Shown: in pieces, positions 35,315-45,919 of the stretch
How positions within the stretch are numbered: position 1 is the first letter of the stretch
Layout: each line of letters opens with the position of its first letter
Source: Betaproteobacteria bacterium
GTDB lineage: Bacteria > Pseudomonadota > Gammaproteobacteria > Burkholderiales > UBA3065
Length of the DNA stretch: 64,000 nucleotides
Direction of reading: 5' to 3'
Assembly (NCBI GenBank): GCA_027490755.1
Contig: JAIXXL010000037.1
Location: 4,352-68,351, forward strand
Made by a program: the position numbers and the translations under genes
Notes under the pieces: generated by a model
What the model was told of the DNA's origin: nothing
Databases searched by the model: none
The model's input: the letters and a program-made list of their open reading frames with translations, nothing else

Positions 35315-36573
35315 AACCGGCATCGCCAACTGACCGGATCTTACCGCCTCCGTCAGCACCATCCGACCGAAAGACACTGGTTCACAACCCATACCGCTCA
35401 AGCCAATTGCCTTTCAACGCTCATCCATCCTCCTCGAGGAATCTGATCGACAGTTTTTGCCCGGGCGCACTCTACGCAACGCCGACGGAAACTGGCGTCT
35501 GGTCATTGCTGGAACCTGCGGCTGTCCGCAATCATGCGCCTCAGTTGTGCTGGCTAGATGACACGACTCTTGCGTGCGTATGGATGGCCGGAGGACAAGA
35601 AGGTACTTCGAGCATGTCGATCTACGGAAGCGTCCTGCATTCCGGAAAGACAACCTGGAGCAAGCCGGTGCTGCTGTCCCAAGACCCGTCGCGATCCGAG
35701 CAGAATCCTCTGCTTTTTGTGACCGCAGACCACCGTATTCACTTGATCCACACAGCACAAGAATCCCGGTCTCCGCATGACACGTCGTGGCAGCGAGAGG
35801 GCTCCACCTTCTCCAAGCAATGGACTGCCACCCTGCGACACCAGTCGACAAAAAGCTGGCGGCACCGCTGGAGTGCTGCGACCGATCTCATTGCGACTCC
35901 GGCGTTTTGCCGGCATCCACCGATTGCAAGTGCAGACGGAAGCTGGCTGCTACCCATTTACCGCAGCCTTGAGGAAGGCGGCGCATTCGGGCATGACCAC
36001 AGTTTTGTGCTGCCCCTTGATGCCACAGTAACTGCCGCCGGCGCTCTCGTGGGGGTTCCCGACAGCATCGGCCGCGTGCACGGCAGCATCGTTCGCTCTG
36101 CCGACGGGCTACGGTTATTGCAATTCTTTCGAAGCCGCCTTGCAGACTGCGTTTATCGATCGATCGGCAGCCTTGACGGCAGGCACTGGACACCGCCCGA
36201 ACCAACCGTCCTCCCGAACAACAACAGCTCGATCCACGCACTGCGGCTGACAAGTGGAATGCTGGCCATCGTGTTTAACCGATTCAGCGCCGAAATCGAC
36301 GGGAAGCCAGCCTGGGGGCAGGCAATATGGCCCCGAACTCGATGGCCATTGACGATGGCGATCAGTGATGATGATGGAGCCAGCTGGCCCTGGGCCAGGG
36401 ATATCGACGCGGGCCTCGGCTTTTGTGGGGAAGCCAACTGGCACTTGAACGGCCAGCTTGCTTATCCCAGCATCGTCGAGGGTCCGCCCGGAACCCTGCA
36501 CCTTGCGTATTCGTGGGGCAACCAGGCTGCGATTCGCTACGTCTGCCTTGTACTCCAAGACATCACGGGATGA
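35311..36573 (+). CDS. sialidase/BNR-like beta-propeller protein (possible ulosonic-acid hydrolase)
   Basis: 420 aa. TTG start overlapping the tolC-family stop, so the start is uncertain. 'LACVWMAGGQEGTSSMSIYGSVLHSGKTTWSKPVLL', 'LLFVTADHRIHLIHTAQ', 'MAISDDDGASWPWARDID' (Asp-box-like SxDxGxxW), 'LAYPSIVEGPPGTLHLAYSWG'. Confidence 0.6.
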   Translation: MKPASPTDRILPPPSAPSDRKTLVHNPYRSSQLPFNAHPSSSRNLIDSFCPGALYATPTETGVWSLLEPAAVRNHAPQLCWLDDTTLACVWMAGGQEGTSSMSIYGSVLHSGKTTWSKPVLLSQDPSRSEQNPLLFVTADHRIHLIHTAQESRSPHDTSWQREGSTFSKQWTATLRHQSTKSWRHRWSAATDLIATPAFCRHPPIASADGSWLLPIYRSLEEGGAFGHDHSFVLPLDATVTAAGALVGVPDSIGRVHGSIVRSADGLRLLQFFRSRLADCVYRSIGSLDGRHWTPPEPTVLPNNNSSIHALRLTSGMLAIVFNRFSAEIDGKPAWGQAIWPRTRWPLTMAISDDDGASWPWARDIDAGLGFCGEANWHLNGQLAYPSIVEGPPGTLHLAYSWGNQAAIRYVCLVLQDITG

Positions 36574-36623
36574 GCCTTTTGCTGGCGGAATCCCTGACCG
36601 GGCAGCGTTTACAATCAGCCTGA

Positions 36624-37495
<872 letters not shown>

Positions 37496-37496
<1 letters not shown>

Positions 37497-38554
37497 TGAC
37501 AAAGGCTACCCGAGACTCGCGCAAGCGGGTGCTCGCCGTGGGCTATGGTCTCATGGGTTCGAGCCTCGCACGACTGATCGACAGCAGTGGCTGGGCGAAA
37601 ATCGCAGGGGCCGTGGATGCATCGGATGCGGCGCGTCAGCGGGCAAGAGAAAATCACCAGCTGGATCAGGGAGCAACAGGCACTCACCTGCACACCATAT
37701 TGCGCCGTCTGCAGCCGGATATCGTTTCGATCAATACGCCGTCGGAGTATCACTTCAAACAGGTGATGGCAGCGCTTGACGCCGGCTGCCATGTACTGGT
37801 CGCCAAGCCTGTCGCCAGCGGACTCAATGAGGCGCTACGTATTACCCGACATGCACAGCTCTGCCGTCGCAAGGTGGTCGTCGGCCAGCAGATGCGCTTC
37901 AATCGTCACTACCGGTCGGTCGCAGCGTTCGTTGCGAGCGGTGCCATCGGGAAGGTGGAAAGCGTACAGCTATTGAACAGCAAGCCCCGGCATCAGGCAC
38001 TGAACCTGGGCTTGATGCCGGAGCCGGCAATGCTCGAAATGGCCTGTCACCACTTCGATGCACTGCTCAGCCTCTTCCCGCGAGCTCGGCCCCGATCGAT
38101 CGTCGCCCAGGGCTTCCGCCCTTCGTGGTCTGTCTATGCCGGGCACTGCATGGTAAACGCGATGATTGAACTGAATTCTGGCGTAAACGTGCTCTACCAT
38201 GGCGGATTTTCCTCGCAAGCCGAGCAGTACGAACTCCGGCTGGAGGGAACGCGCGGTGCGTTGCGCTGCCGGGGTACCCATATGTCGGGCACGGATTTTT
38301 CGTATGAGGTAGCAGAGCGCGGCGGCTTTTTCGTGACTACAGATCTGGAGTCTGCGGTAGAGGCTGGCAGTGCGTGGCAGATCTACCTCGCACAATGGCA
38401 GCGATACCTGCAGGGAGGCGCGGAGCCGGCATTTTCTGCCCGGCGCAATTTGCCTGTGTTTGCGTTACTGTCGGCTGGCATCGAGTCGATCAAGCGCGGC
38501 AGGCGCATCGACCTTTCCTCATCGGCGCGCTATGCCGCTGCCTTGGCGCGCTGA
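37496..38554 (+). CDS. Gfo/Idh/MocA-family NAD(P)-dependent oxidoreductase
   Basis: 352 aa. Rossmann N-terminus 'RVLAVGYGLMGSSLARLI', 'PDIVSINTPSEYHFKQVMAALDAGCHVLVAKP'. The start overlaps the kdsA stop. Confidence 0.85.
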
Positions 38555-38555
38555 C

Positions 38556-39410
38556 ATGGGCCTGCAACTCGAGTGGCGTCCGCTGCCGCAAGGCATGCTC
38601 GCATTCGACAGGCTGCATGGCGTACCCATCGCGGGAATTGGGCAAAGCTTCATGCGGCCTTGGATCTACCCGTTGTATACGCCCGGCGGCTATCAGGTAC
38701 TTCAGGAGTTCGCTTTCGACCATCCGTTCCACAACGGCTGTTTCATCGGCTGGCACCCGGTTCGGTACGACGGTGTCGACCACAATTTCTGGGCCACGCC
38801 GCCAGCGCGGTCAGCGCCCGATCCGATGATGACTAATCTTGGCCGGATCGAAGCGATCTCTCCGCCCTCGCTTACCGCTGCGCCCGACTTCCTCACCGCC
38901 GAGCTGGCATTGAGATGGCGGTCTGAAACGGGAGCGGTCCTGGCTGAGGAGCTGCGGTCGCTGAGGTTCTGGGCTACCGGCTGCGGACACGGCATCGACC
39001 TGCGCTCGCAGCTACGGGCAGTAAACCATCCTCTGGAACTGCCTGCTACAAAGTTTGCAGGTATCGGCATTCGGCTCGATCCTCGACTCACACCGGCCTG
39101 CGGTGGCTGGTTTGAGGGCAGCGCAGGAAAGGGCTGTGCTGCCGCCTTGCATGACCGGCCCGGCGATTTTCTACGGGTAGAGGCAAACGTCGGCGATCGC
39201 GCCTTCGGCTTGTATCTGGAAGCACCGGGTTTCGGCCTTCCCTGGTTCGTGCGCGACTACGGACTGATTCTGCTGAACCCCGTATGGCATGACGGGCGGC
39301 ACCTACTGCGTGACGAGCCGCTCGTCATGCGCCTGACGATGGTCGCCTATGATGCAGCAGCCACGCCAGCCATCGACGAGTTGTCTCGCCTTGCGTGCAT
39401 TCCGGGCTGA
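38556..39410 (+). CDS. PmoA-family (DUF6807-like) protein, tentative
   Basis: Start taken at 'MGLQLEW', 1 nt after the previous stop (track ORF begins 38370, overlapping). 'PWIYPLYTPGGYQVLQEFAFDHPFHNGCFIGWHPV..DHNFWA'. Such proteins commonly pair with Gfo/Idh/MocA oxidoreductases. Confidence 0.5.
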   Translation: MGLQLEWRPLPQGMLAFDRLHGVPIAGIGQSFMRPWIYPLYTPGGYQVLQEFAFDHPFHNGCFIGWHPVRYDGVDHNFWATPPARSAPDPMMTNLGRIEAISPPSLTAAPDFLTAELALRWRSETGAVLAEELRSLRFWATGCGHGIDLRSQLRAVNHPLELPATKFAGIGIRLDPRLTPACGGWFEGSAGKGCAAALHDRPGDFLRVEANVGDRAFGLYLEAPGFGLPWFVRDYGLILLNPVWHDGRHLLRDEPLVMRLTMVAYDAAATPAIDELSRLACIPG

Positions 39411-39415
39411 GCGCC

Positions 39416-40804
39416 TTATTCTTCCTTCATTGACGCAGCGATGCGCTTGGTCAGCGGATGCAGGATGTATTGCAGCAGCGTGCGGCGACCGGTCTTGACG
39501 ACAATCTCGACGGGCATGCCCGGCTGCAGCTTGCGGTCACCTAATGTCTTGATTCCCTCAGGCGTAACGGTCACCCGGCCAAGATAATAAGGCGCCACGG
39601 ACGGGTTGTTCGGATCGGCCAGCACGTCAGTAGATACTGAGCTCAATACCCCCGAAACCACCAGTTGCGGGGAGTGCGCAAACGTATTGAAGCGAACGTC
39701 GACCGGGTCACCGGCTTTCACGCGGTCGATCAAATTGGGAGCGATTTTTGTCTCCAAAACGAGTTCCTCACCCTTGGGAACGATATCCATGATCTTCTGG
39801 CCGGGCTGGATAACCGCGCCGACCGCTTGGACGCCAAGGCCGACAACCTGGCCTGCAGCCGGGGACTTGATCTCGACCCGCGCAAGCTCCTCTGAAATCG
39901 CTTTGTAACGTTCGGCCGTCGCCTGGAGTTCCGGTCGAATCTGCGACATCTGGCCATCGACCTCCTTGTCACGCTCTGCCTTCAGTGAAACCATCCGCTG
40001 CTGGATATCGAAGATGGTCTGGGTTGCCTGCGTCTGCGTGGCACGGACCTGCGCCAGCGAGCTGCTGACTTCAGCGACGCGGCGCTCGAGATCCATCTGA
40101 CGCACCAAGGGTACATAACCTTCCTTGACGAGCTCGCGGATCTTGGATAGCTCGTCATTCAGCGAACCAGATTGAATCAGCAGATTCCTCTCGACCGTTT
40201 TAGCGGCCTCGATGTTGGACTCCTGCGTGACGATATTGGCCTTGAGTGAATTCATCGACGCGACCAGCGCTTCGCGGCGAGATTGGAGCAAGGTTCGTTG
40301 CACCTCCATTTGCCGCGACAGTCCCGGATCCCGCCGTGCCGCCTCGACCAGCGGCGGATCGAAAGCGATTGCCGGCGTACCGAGCTGCTCGGCGAGCAGG
40401 CGCGCCTCCGTTGCTTTCAAGCTCAGATACTGCTGGCGCACCATTTCGAAATTCGCCTTCGCCGTGCTGTCACCGAGCCTCAGCAGTGGCTGTCCGGCCT
40501 CGACGAACTGCCCTTCCCTGACCAGCACTTCCTTGATGATCCCTCCCTGCAGATGCTGGACAGCCTTTCGCTTGGTATCGATAGCCACTGAACCAAAGGT
40601 CGGAACACCTTCATCGAGCCCGGCAAATGATGCCCACAGCAGCATGCCGCCAAGGCCGAGGCCCAGCACAACGAAACCAATGCGCGAAATTCTTTTCGTA
40701 TCTGTGGGCAGATCGACGATCTTCTCCGCCGCACCGGGAAGCTGTGCAGGGATGGGCGCGAGATGAGGGTCTTTGCGGTGGGTCAGGCGCTGGTTGGTGT
40801 TCAT
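39416..40804 (-). CDS. T1SS membrane fusion protein (HlyD/AprE/RsaE family), locus 2
   Basis: 462 aa. TM 'IGFVVLGLGLGGMLLWASFAGL', coiled-coil middle, 'TGRRTLLQYILHPLTKR'. Paralogue of 1834-3201. Confidence 0.9.
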   Translation of the reverse strand: MNTNQRLTHRKDPHLAPIPAQLPGAAEKIVDLPTDTKRISRIGFVVLGLGLGGMLLWASFAGLDEGVPTFGSVAIDTKRKAVQHLQGGIIKEVLVREGQFVEAGQPLLRLGDSTAKANFEMVRQQYLSLKATEARLLAEQLGTPAIAFDPPLVEAARRDPGLSRQMEVQRTLLQSRREALVASMNSLKANIVTQESNIEAAKTVERNLLIQSGSLNDELSKIRELVKEGYVPLVRQMDLERRVAEVSSSLAQVRATQTQATQTIFDIQQRMVSLKAERDKEVDGQMSQIRPELQATAERYKAISEELARVEIKSPAAGQVVGLGVQAVGAVIQPGQKIMDIVPKGEELVLETKIAPNLIDRVKAGDPVDVRFNTFAHSPQLVVSGVLSSVSTDVLADPNNPSVAPYYLGRVTVTPEGIKTLGDRKLQPGMPVEIVVKTGRRTLLQYILHPLTKRIAASMKEE

Positions 40805-42528
40805 GCCGTGAAGTCCGGTGGGTTGTTCAATGCCATTCGTGGCTGTTCGCCTTGATTGATCTGACGACCGACGATTCCGTCTTTCAGTGCAACCACGCGA
40901 TCAGCGAGGTCCAGCAGGTTATTCTGATGGGTGATGACGACCACGGTGGCGCCCTGCTCGCGAAGTGTGGTGAGGGCTCGTGACAGCGCCAATTCCCCCT
41001 CCTCGTCCAGATTGGCGTTGGGTTCGTCAAGCACGAGCAGGGAGGGCTGTCCGTAAACGGCGCGTGCCATGGCGAGCAGCTGACGCTGGCCACCGCTGAG
41101 AAACGAGTTCTGCTTGCGAAGAATCGCGTTGTATCCGCCGGGCAGGCGCTGCACGGTATCGTGCACGCCGGCGAGCTTGGCGGCGGCAATCATTTTGTCC
41201 GGGTCGATGGTGCCAAGGCGTACGATATTGTCCGCGACGCTGGCATCGAACAGTTCATAGTCCTGCGGAAGGTAGCCGATTTCGGCACCGAACTGCTCCC
41301 GGTCGAGCGCCGCGATCGGATGACCACCATACAAAACGCTTCCCGAAACTTCAGGCCAAACACCGAGCAAAACTTTACCCAGTGTCGACTTGCCGGAGCC
41401 CGATGGACCGACGATGGCGACGATCTCGCCAGGCGAGAGCGTCAGATTGACGTTATCGAGAATCGGCCGGCTGCGGCCCGGGGCGGTCGCGCTCACGTTG
41501 CGCAATTCAAGAATGCGGTATCCGGGTAACTGGAGATCGCGCACAGCGGGCTTCGGAGCGCCGTCCAGCAGCGCGTCGACACGCCTCATCGCGGCCCAGG
41601 CCGTCATGAAGCTGCGCCAGCTGCCCACCATCGTGTCGAGCGGCGAAGTTGCCCGCGACATCAGCAAATTGGCAGCGATCATGGCGCCGATCGTGAGTTC
41701 GCCCTGAATGACGAGGATGGCGCCGGCCCCCAAGGCCAAAGACTGCTTGAGCAAGGTCACTTCGCGGGTGAGCGAGCTCATCTTCAGCTCGGTATCGTTG
41801 GCTTTTTCATTGATGGCTATTGACTCTCGCTGTCGCGCAAGCCACCGCTGTTTCAGGTGGCCGACCATGCCATGCGCCTCGATCACTTCCGCATTCCTGA
41901 GCTTGCTGTGAACGAAAGCATTGACCTCACGTTCCTCCTCGCTGGCCTCTTCCTTGACGCCGACGATTTTTCGCGAGCTGAGCAGGGCCAGCAGGCCGAG
42001 GTTCAGGACGAAAGCCACCGTGACCCAGCCGAGGAACGGGTGGAGCATGAACATCGCCGCGACATAGAGCAACGTCCACGGTGCATCAAAAAATGCAAAC
42101 ACCGCCTGACTCGTGATCCACTGGCGAACGGTAGCAAGATCAGCGAATGCCTGGGTCGGGTTGCCGGCGTCTCCACGCAACTGCTGATGAAACGTTGCGC
42201 GAAAAAGGGGATCGCTCAGGCGAAGATCGATCTTCAAACCGATCCTGACAACGATCCTCGATCGCAACCATTCGGAAAAGGCGAGCGCCGAAAGAAGGAT
42301 CAGCGCAATCAGGCTAACTGCAGTCAATGTAACCTCGCTTCGGCTCATCATGACGCGGTCGTACACCTGCAGCATATAGAGCGTCGGCGCCAGCATCATC
42401 AGGTTGGCGACCGAAGAGAACAGTGCGACGAGCCCAAGCTCCCTGCGAAAAAGCGCCAAGGTTCTGAGCACGTGTTTTTTCTGCACGCCGGGCAGCGAGG
42501 CGTGCGCGGTCAGGGTCGGATTAGGCAT
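40801..42528 (-). CDS. T1SS ABC transporter permease/ATPase (PrtD/RsaD class), second gene of a tandem pair
   Basis: 575 aa. 'GPSGSGKST', 'LSGGQRQLLAMARAVYGQPSLLVLDEPNANLD', 'VVVITHQ'. The stop overlaps the adaptor start by 4 nt. Confidence 0.9.
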   Translation of the reverse strand: MPNPTLTAHASLPGVQKKHVLRTLALFRRELGLVALFSSVANLMMLAPTLYMLQVYDRVMMSRSEVTLTAVSLIALILLSALAFSEWLRSRIVVRIGLKIDLRLSDPLFRATFHQQLRGDAGNPTQAFADLATVRQWITSQAVFAFFDAPWTLLYVAAMFMLHPFLGWVTVAFVLNLGLLALLSSRKIVGVKEEASEEEREVNAFVHSKLRNAEVIEAHGMVGHLKQRWLARQRESIAINEKANDTELKMSSLTREVTLLKQSLALGAGAILVIQGELTIGAMIAANLLMSRATSPLDTMVGSWRSFMTAWAAMRRVDALLDGAPKPAVRDLQLPGYRILELRNVSATAPGRSRPILDNVNLTLSPGEIVAIVGPSGSGKSTLGKVLLGVWPEVSGSVLYGGHPIAALDREQFGAEIGYLPQDYELFDASVADNIVRLGTIDPDKMIAAAKLAGVHDTVQRLPGGYNAILRKQNSFLSGGQRQLLAMARAVYGQPSLLVLDEPNANLDEEGELALSRALTTLREQGATVVVITHQNNLLDLADRVVALKDGIVGRQINQGEQPRMALNNPPDFTA

Positions 42529-44257
42529 GGGTCTTCTGCCTCGCTGCCTGCTGGGGGGAAATGGTCGGCACGTCCTTGCCCGCCAGTTTGTCGAGCACCA
42601 TATCGCGCGGTCCGTAAATTTTTGGCCTGCCCGCCTTGAGGATCAGCAGTCTGTCGACATAGGGCAGGATACCTTTCCGGTGGCTGATGATGACCACCGT
42701 GGTTCCCCGCTGCTTCAGGTGCTCGAGCGTGTGATGGAGCGCGCGCTCTCCCTCCTGGTCCAGGTTGGAATTGGGCTCATCGAGCACCACCAGCCTCGGA
42801 TCGCCGTAAATTGCTCGAGCGAGGCCGATCCGCTGCCGCTGGCCGCCAGACAGCAGGCCACTGTCTGCGCTGATGAGTGTGTCGTATTGCTCGGGAAGCG
42901 ACTCGATCATGTCGTGCAGCCCAACCAGCTTCGATGCCTCGATGACTTTCGAGCGCTCGATGTCGCCAAACCGACCAATGTTTTCGGCGATCGACCCCTC
43001 GAAGAGCTCGATATCCTGAGGCAGATAGCCAAGGTGGGGGCCTAGCTGTTCTCGATCCCATGCGTGAACATCGGTACCATCCAGCCTGACCGTACCGGCA
43101 ACGGGTGTCCAGACACCGACCAGCAAACGGGCGAGGCTCGATTTGCCGGAGCCGGACGGTCCCATGACGCCGAGGCTGACGCCTGCTTTCAGTTCGAACG
43201 AGACATTGCTCACAACGACCGACTTGCTCCCCGGCGCACGCGCAGTCACCTCCTCGACCGACAGGCTGCCCATGGGGGGCGGTAACTGGACACGCTGCCT
43301 CGACACCGGGTTATCGGCGAGAAAGATCTCCAGACGATCGCAGGCATCGCGCGCCACCGCCACCTGCTTCCACGAACTGATGAGCTTTGCAAGCGGCTGG
43401 ATAGCCTTCCCGCCAAGGATCGAGGCAATGATCATGCTACCGCCATGCGGCGGCAACTCACCCATCAGCGTCAGCACGCAGCCGACTCCCAGCACGAGCG
43501 ACCCCTGCGCGAGGAGCAAAAACTTGGACAGGCAGGCACTTACGCCCTGCGCCTCGGCCACCAGAGTCTGTGCGCGCAGGGCCACCGACTGCGGCTCGAA
43601 CCAGCGCTGCATCAATTTGTCCATCATGCCCATGGCTTGGGCAACCTGTGCATTCTTCGTGCTGGATGCGATGAACATCTGAGCTGCCGTCGTGCTTTGC
43701 TGCGATTCACGGACCAGCGGGTGCACGCGCCTCTCATTGAGCACCCCGACGGCCATGAGCAGCAGTCCAATCCCGATCGCGGTGAGCCCCATGACCGGGT
43801 GCATGAGGTAGACGATCACGAGGAAGAGCAAGCTGACAGGCGCATCCATCAATGCGCCCATGGTCGGTGAGGCGATAAAGCTGCGTACCGTTCTCAGATC
43901 GAGCAGGGCCTGACCCGAGCCTTGCGAGCGCGTCGCGAGGTGTGCATCAAAACTCGCCTGGAGTACACGGTCGGAGAGCTTGGCATTGAATGCGAGAGAC
44001 GCGGCAATCAGCACCCTGCCGCGAATCCATTCCAGCAGGCCCGACATCAGCAGCAGCCCGATCAGCAACAAGGTGACCATACCAAGCGTGTACAGACTAC
44101 GGCTGTTGATGACCGGACCGTAAACATCTTTCATGTAACCTACCGGAGCCAGCGACAGCAGATTGGCCACGACCGTGAACATCATCGCCTTCGCGAGATA
44201 AGGCGACAGCGAGGCGAGCGCCGTGCGCAATTCGGGTTTTTTTTCCGGGTTCTTCAT
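42521..44257 (-). CDS. T1SS ABC transporter permease/ATPase (PrtD/RsaD class), first gene of a tandem pair
   Basis: 578 aa. 'GPSGSGKSS', 'LSGGQRQRIGLARAIYGDPRLVVLDEPNSNLD', 'VVIISHR'. 8-nt overlap with the next ABC gene. Confidence 0.9.
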   Translation of the reverse strand: MKNPEKKPELRTALASLSPYLAKAMMFTVVANLLSLAPVGYMKDVYGPVINSRSLYTLGMVTLLLIGLLLMSGLLEWIRGRVLIAASLAFNAKLSDRVLQASFDAHLATRSQGSGQALLDLRTVRSFIASPTMGALMDAPVSLLFLVIVYLMHPVMGLTAIGIGLLLMAVGVLNERRVHPLVRESQQSTTAAQMFIASSTKNAQVAQAMGMMDKLMQRWFEPQSVALRAQTLVAEAQGVSACLSKFLLLAQGSLVLGVGCVLTLMGELPPHGGSMIIASILGGKAIQPLAKLISSWKQVAVARDACDRLEIFLADNPVSRQRVQLPPPMGSLSVEEVTARAPGSKSVVVSNVSFELKAGVSLGVMGPSGSGKSSLARLLVGVWTPVAGTVRLDGTDVHAWDREQLGPHLGYLPQDIELFEGSIAENIGRFGDIERSKVIEASKLVGLHDMIESLPEQYDTLISADSGLLSGGQRQRIGLARAIYGDPRLVVLDEPNSNLDQEGERALHHTLEHLKQRGTTVVIISHRKGILPYVDRLLILKAGRPKIYGPRDMVLDKLAGKDVPTISPQQAARQKTHA

Positions 44258-44910
44258 TGGACCATGGGCGCGGCGGGTCTGGCCGATGCAGCAATCGAAA
44301 CATAGGCCGGGTGGTCGGCAAGCACCTCGTCATCCGGACCGAAAACGAAGGTCAGGAAAAACTGGTCTTTCGCAGAGGCCAAACCGATTTCCTTGATTTT
44401 TTCGGTCGCAAAGCGCTGCTCGAGTTCGGTGTCGAGTTTCACTTCAAAGCGAATGCGACCATCCGGCGTGAACATGGACAGCAGATTGCCTTTCAGGCTC
44501 AAGGTATTCCGATCAAAAAAGACAGGGGCATTCGGGCCAAAGTGAATCTTCGGCAACGATGCGTCAGGGTTATCCTTCACCCTCCATGGGCTGTCGGGCG
44601 CGGCATAGGTTTTCTTGCATACGCGACTCACCATGTAGATGGCATTGCAGACCATCTGCGATCCCATTCCGGGATGGCTTTCACGCAAGCTGCGGTAGGC
44701 AAGGTGATGCAGCCCAACCCGGTTCCAGCATCGGTTGTTGATGACAAAGGGCATCAATGCGTTGCAGAGTTCCGCAAAACTCGCCTGGAGTTGCCGGAGC
44801 CGAACCGCCTGCTCCGGACTAGGCTTGATGGGCAGGATGAATTTGCTCTTCACGGCCGTGCCCGAACGGCAGCATCGGCAGCCAAGCGGCTGACGCGGCG
44901 ATCTGTGCAT
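44254..44910 (-). CDS. hypothetical protein resembling only the N-terminal (non-RuvC) half of IS605-OrfB/TnpB-family proteins
   Basis: Start taken at 'MHRSPRQ', 19 nt after the kdsD stop (track start 44991 overlaps kdsD). 'KFILPIKPSPEQAVRLRQLQASFAELCNAL', 'NRVGLHHLAYRSLRESHPGMGSQMVCNAIYMVSRVCKK', 'FFDRNTLSLKGNLLSMFTPDGRIRFEVKL'. Pattern recalled from TnpB N-termini, not verified by search. No RuvC or Zn-finger part. The stop overlaps the ABC start (ATGA). Confidence 0.35.
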   Translation of the reverse strand: MHRSPRQPLGCRCCRSGTAVKSKFILPIKPSPEQAVRLRQLQASFAELCNALMPFVINNRCWNRVGLHHLAYRSLRESHPGMGSQMVCNAIYMVSRVCKKTYAAPDSPWRVKDNPDASLPKIHFGPNAPVFFDRNTLSLKGNLLSMFTPDGRIRFEVKLDTELEQRFATEKIKEIGLASAKDQFFLTFVFGPDDEVLADHPAYVSIAASARPAAPMVQ

Positions 44911-44929
44911 GCGAAGGCAGAGGTCATGC

Positions 44930-45916
44930 TCATGCCACTTTGCTCTGCAGCAGGTCGTGCCATGCGAGCAGCCCGACCGGACGGTCGTCATCCATGCAGA
45001 CGATGCGGCTGATGCGGCGCTCCTCGAACACGCGTAGCGCCTCGCTGGCCAGCATCGATGCGCTGATCGTTTTTGGGGCGGTCGTCATGAACTCGCCCAC
45101 CGGCCTGCCGAGCTTCGTGTCAAATTCGCCGCGCGATTGCAGGATCAGGCGCCGCAGGTCGCTATCCGTGAAAATCCCGCACAGTTTGCCTTCGTCGAGC
45201 AGCACGATGGCACCGGCACGGCCAGTCGCCATCTCGGGGATCGCATCGATCAGGGGCGCCCCGGGCGAGCTTTGTGGTATCTCGGCCAGCGGCTGCATCA
45301 CGTCGCGCACGCGCAGGTAATACTTGCGCCCAAGCGCACCCATGGGATGGGTTCGGGCAAAGTCCTGTGTCGTGAACCCGCGAGCTGCCAGCGCCGCCAT
45401 GGCCAGCGCGTCCCCGAGCGCAAGCTGCACCGTCGTCGACGCCGTGGGCGCGGCACCAATCGGACAAGCTTCCTCGGCAACGTTCGAATTCAGATGACAT
45501 TCACACAATTGGGCAAGCCGGCTGCCCGGGTTGCCGGTGATGCCAATCGCCTTGGCACCAAAGCGGTGAGCAAACGAGACGAAATCAATGACCTCGTCCG
45601 TCTCGCCGCTGTTGGACAGCGCGACCAGCACATCCCCGTGCGTGATCATCCCGAGGTCGCCGTGACCGGCCTCGCCGGCATGCACAAAAAACGCGGGCGT
45701 TCCGGTCGATGCCAGCGTGGCTGCGATCTTCCGTCCGACATGCCCGCTCTTGCCGACGCCGGTCACCACAACCCTGCCGGTGCAGGCCAGCACCATGCCG
45801 GTAGCCTCGGCAAATTCCTCGTCAAGACGTGATGCGGCATGCAATACCGCATCCGCTTCCTTGCGCAATACCTCCTGCCCCAGCTGCAGGAGATCGCCTG
45901 TAAAAGTGACGGCCAT
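44930..45916 (-). CDS. kdsD: arabinose-5-phosphate isomerase (KdsD/KpsF; SIS + tandem CBS)
   Basis: 328 aa. 'GRVVVTGVGKSGHVGRKIAATLASTGTPAFFVHAGEAGHGDLGMI', 'LSNSGETDE', and a C-terminal CBS pair. Confidence 0.9.
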   Translation of the reverse strand: MAVTFTGDLLQLGQEVLRKEADAVLHAASRLDEEFAEATGMVLACTGRVVVTGVGKSGHVGRKIAATLASTGTPAFFVHAGEAGHGDLGMITHGDVLVALSNSGETDEVIDFVSFAHRFGAKAIGITGNPGSRLAQLCECHLNSNVAEEACPIGAAPTASTTVQLALGDALAMAALAARGFTTQDFARTHPMGALGRKYYLRVRDVMQPLAEIPQSSPGAPLIDAIPEMATGRAGAIVLLDEGKLCGIFTDSDLRRLILQSRGEFDTKLGRPVGEFMTTAPKTISASMLASEALRVFEERRISRIVCMDDDRPVGLLAWHDLLQSKVA

Positions 45917-45919
45917 GGC

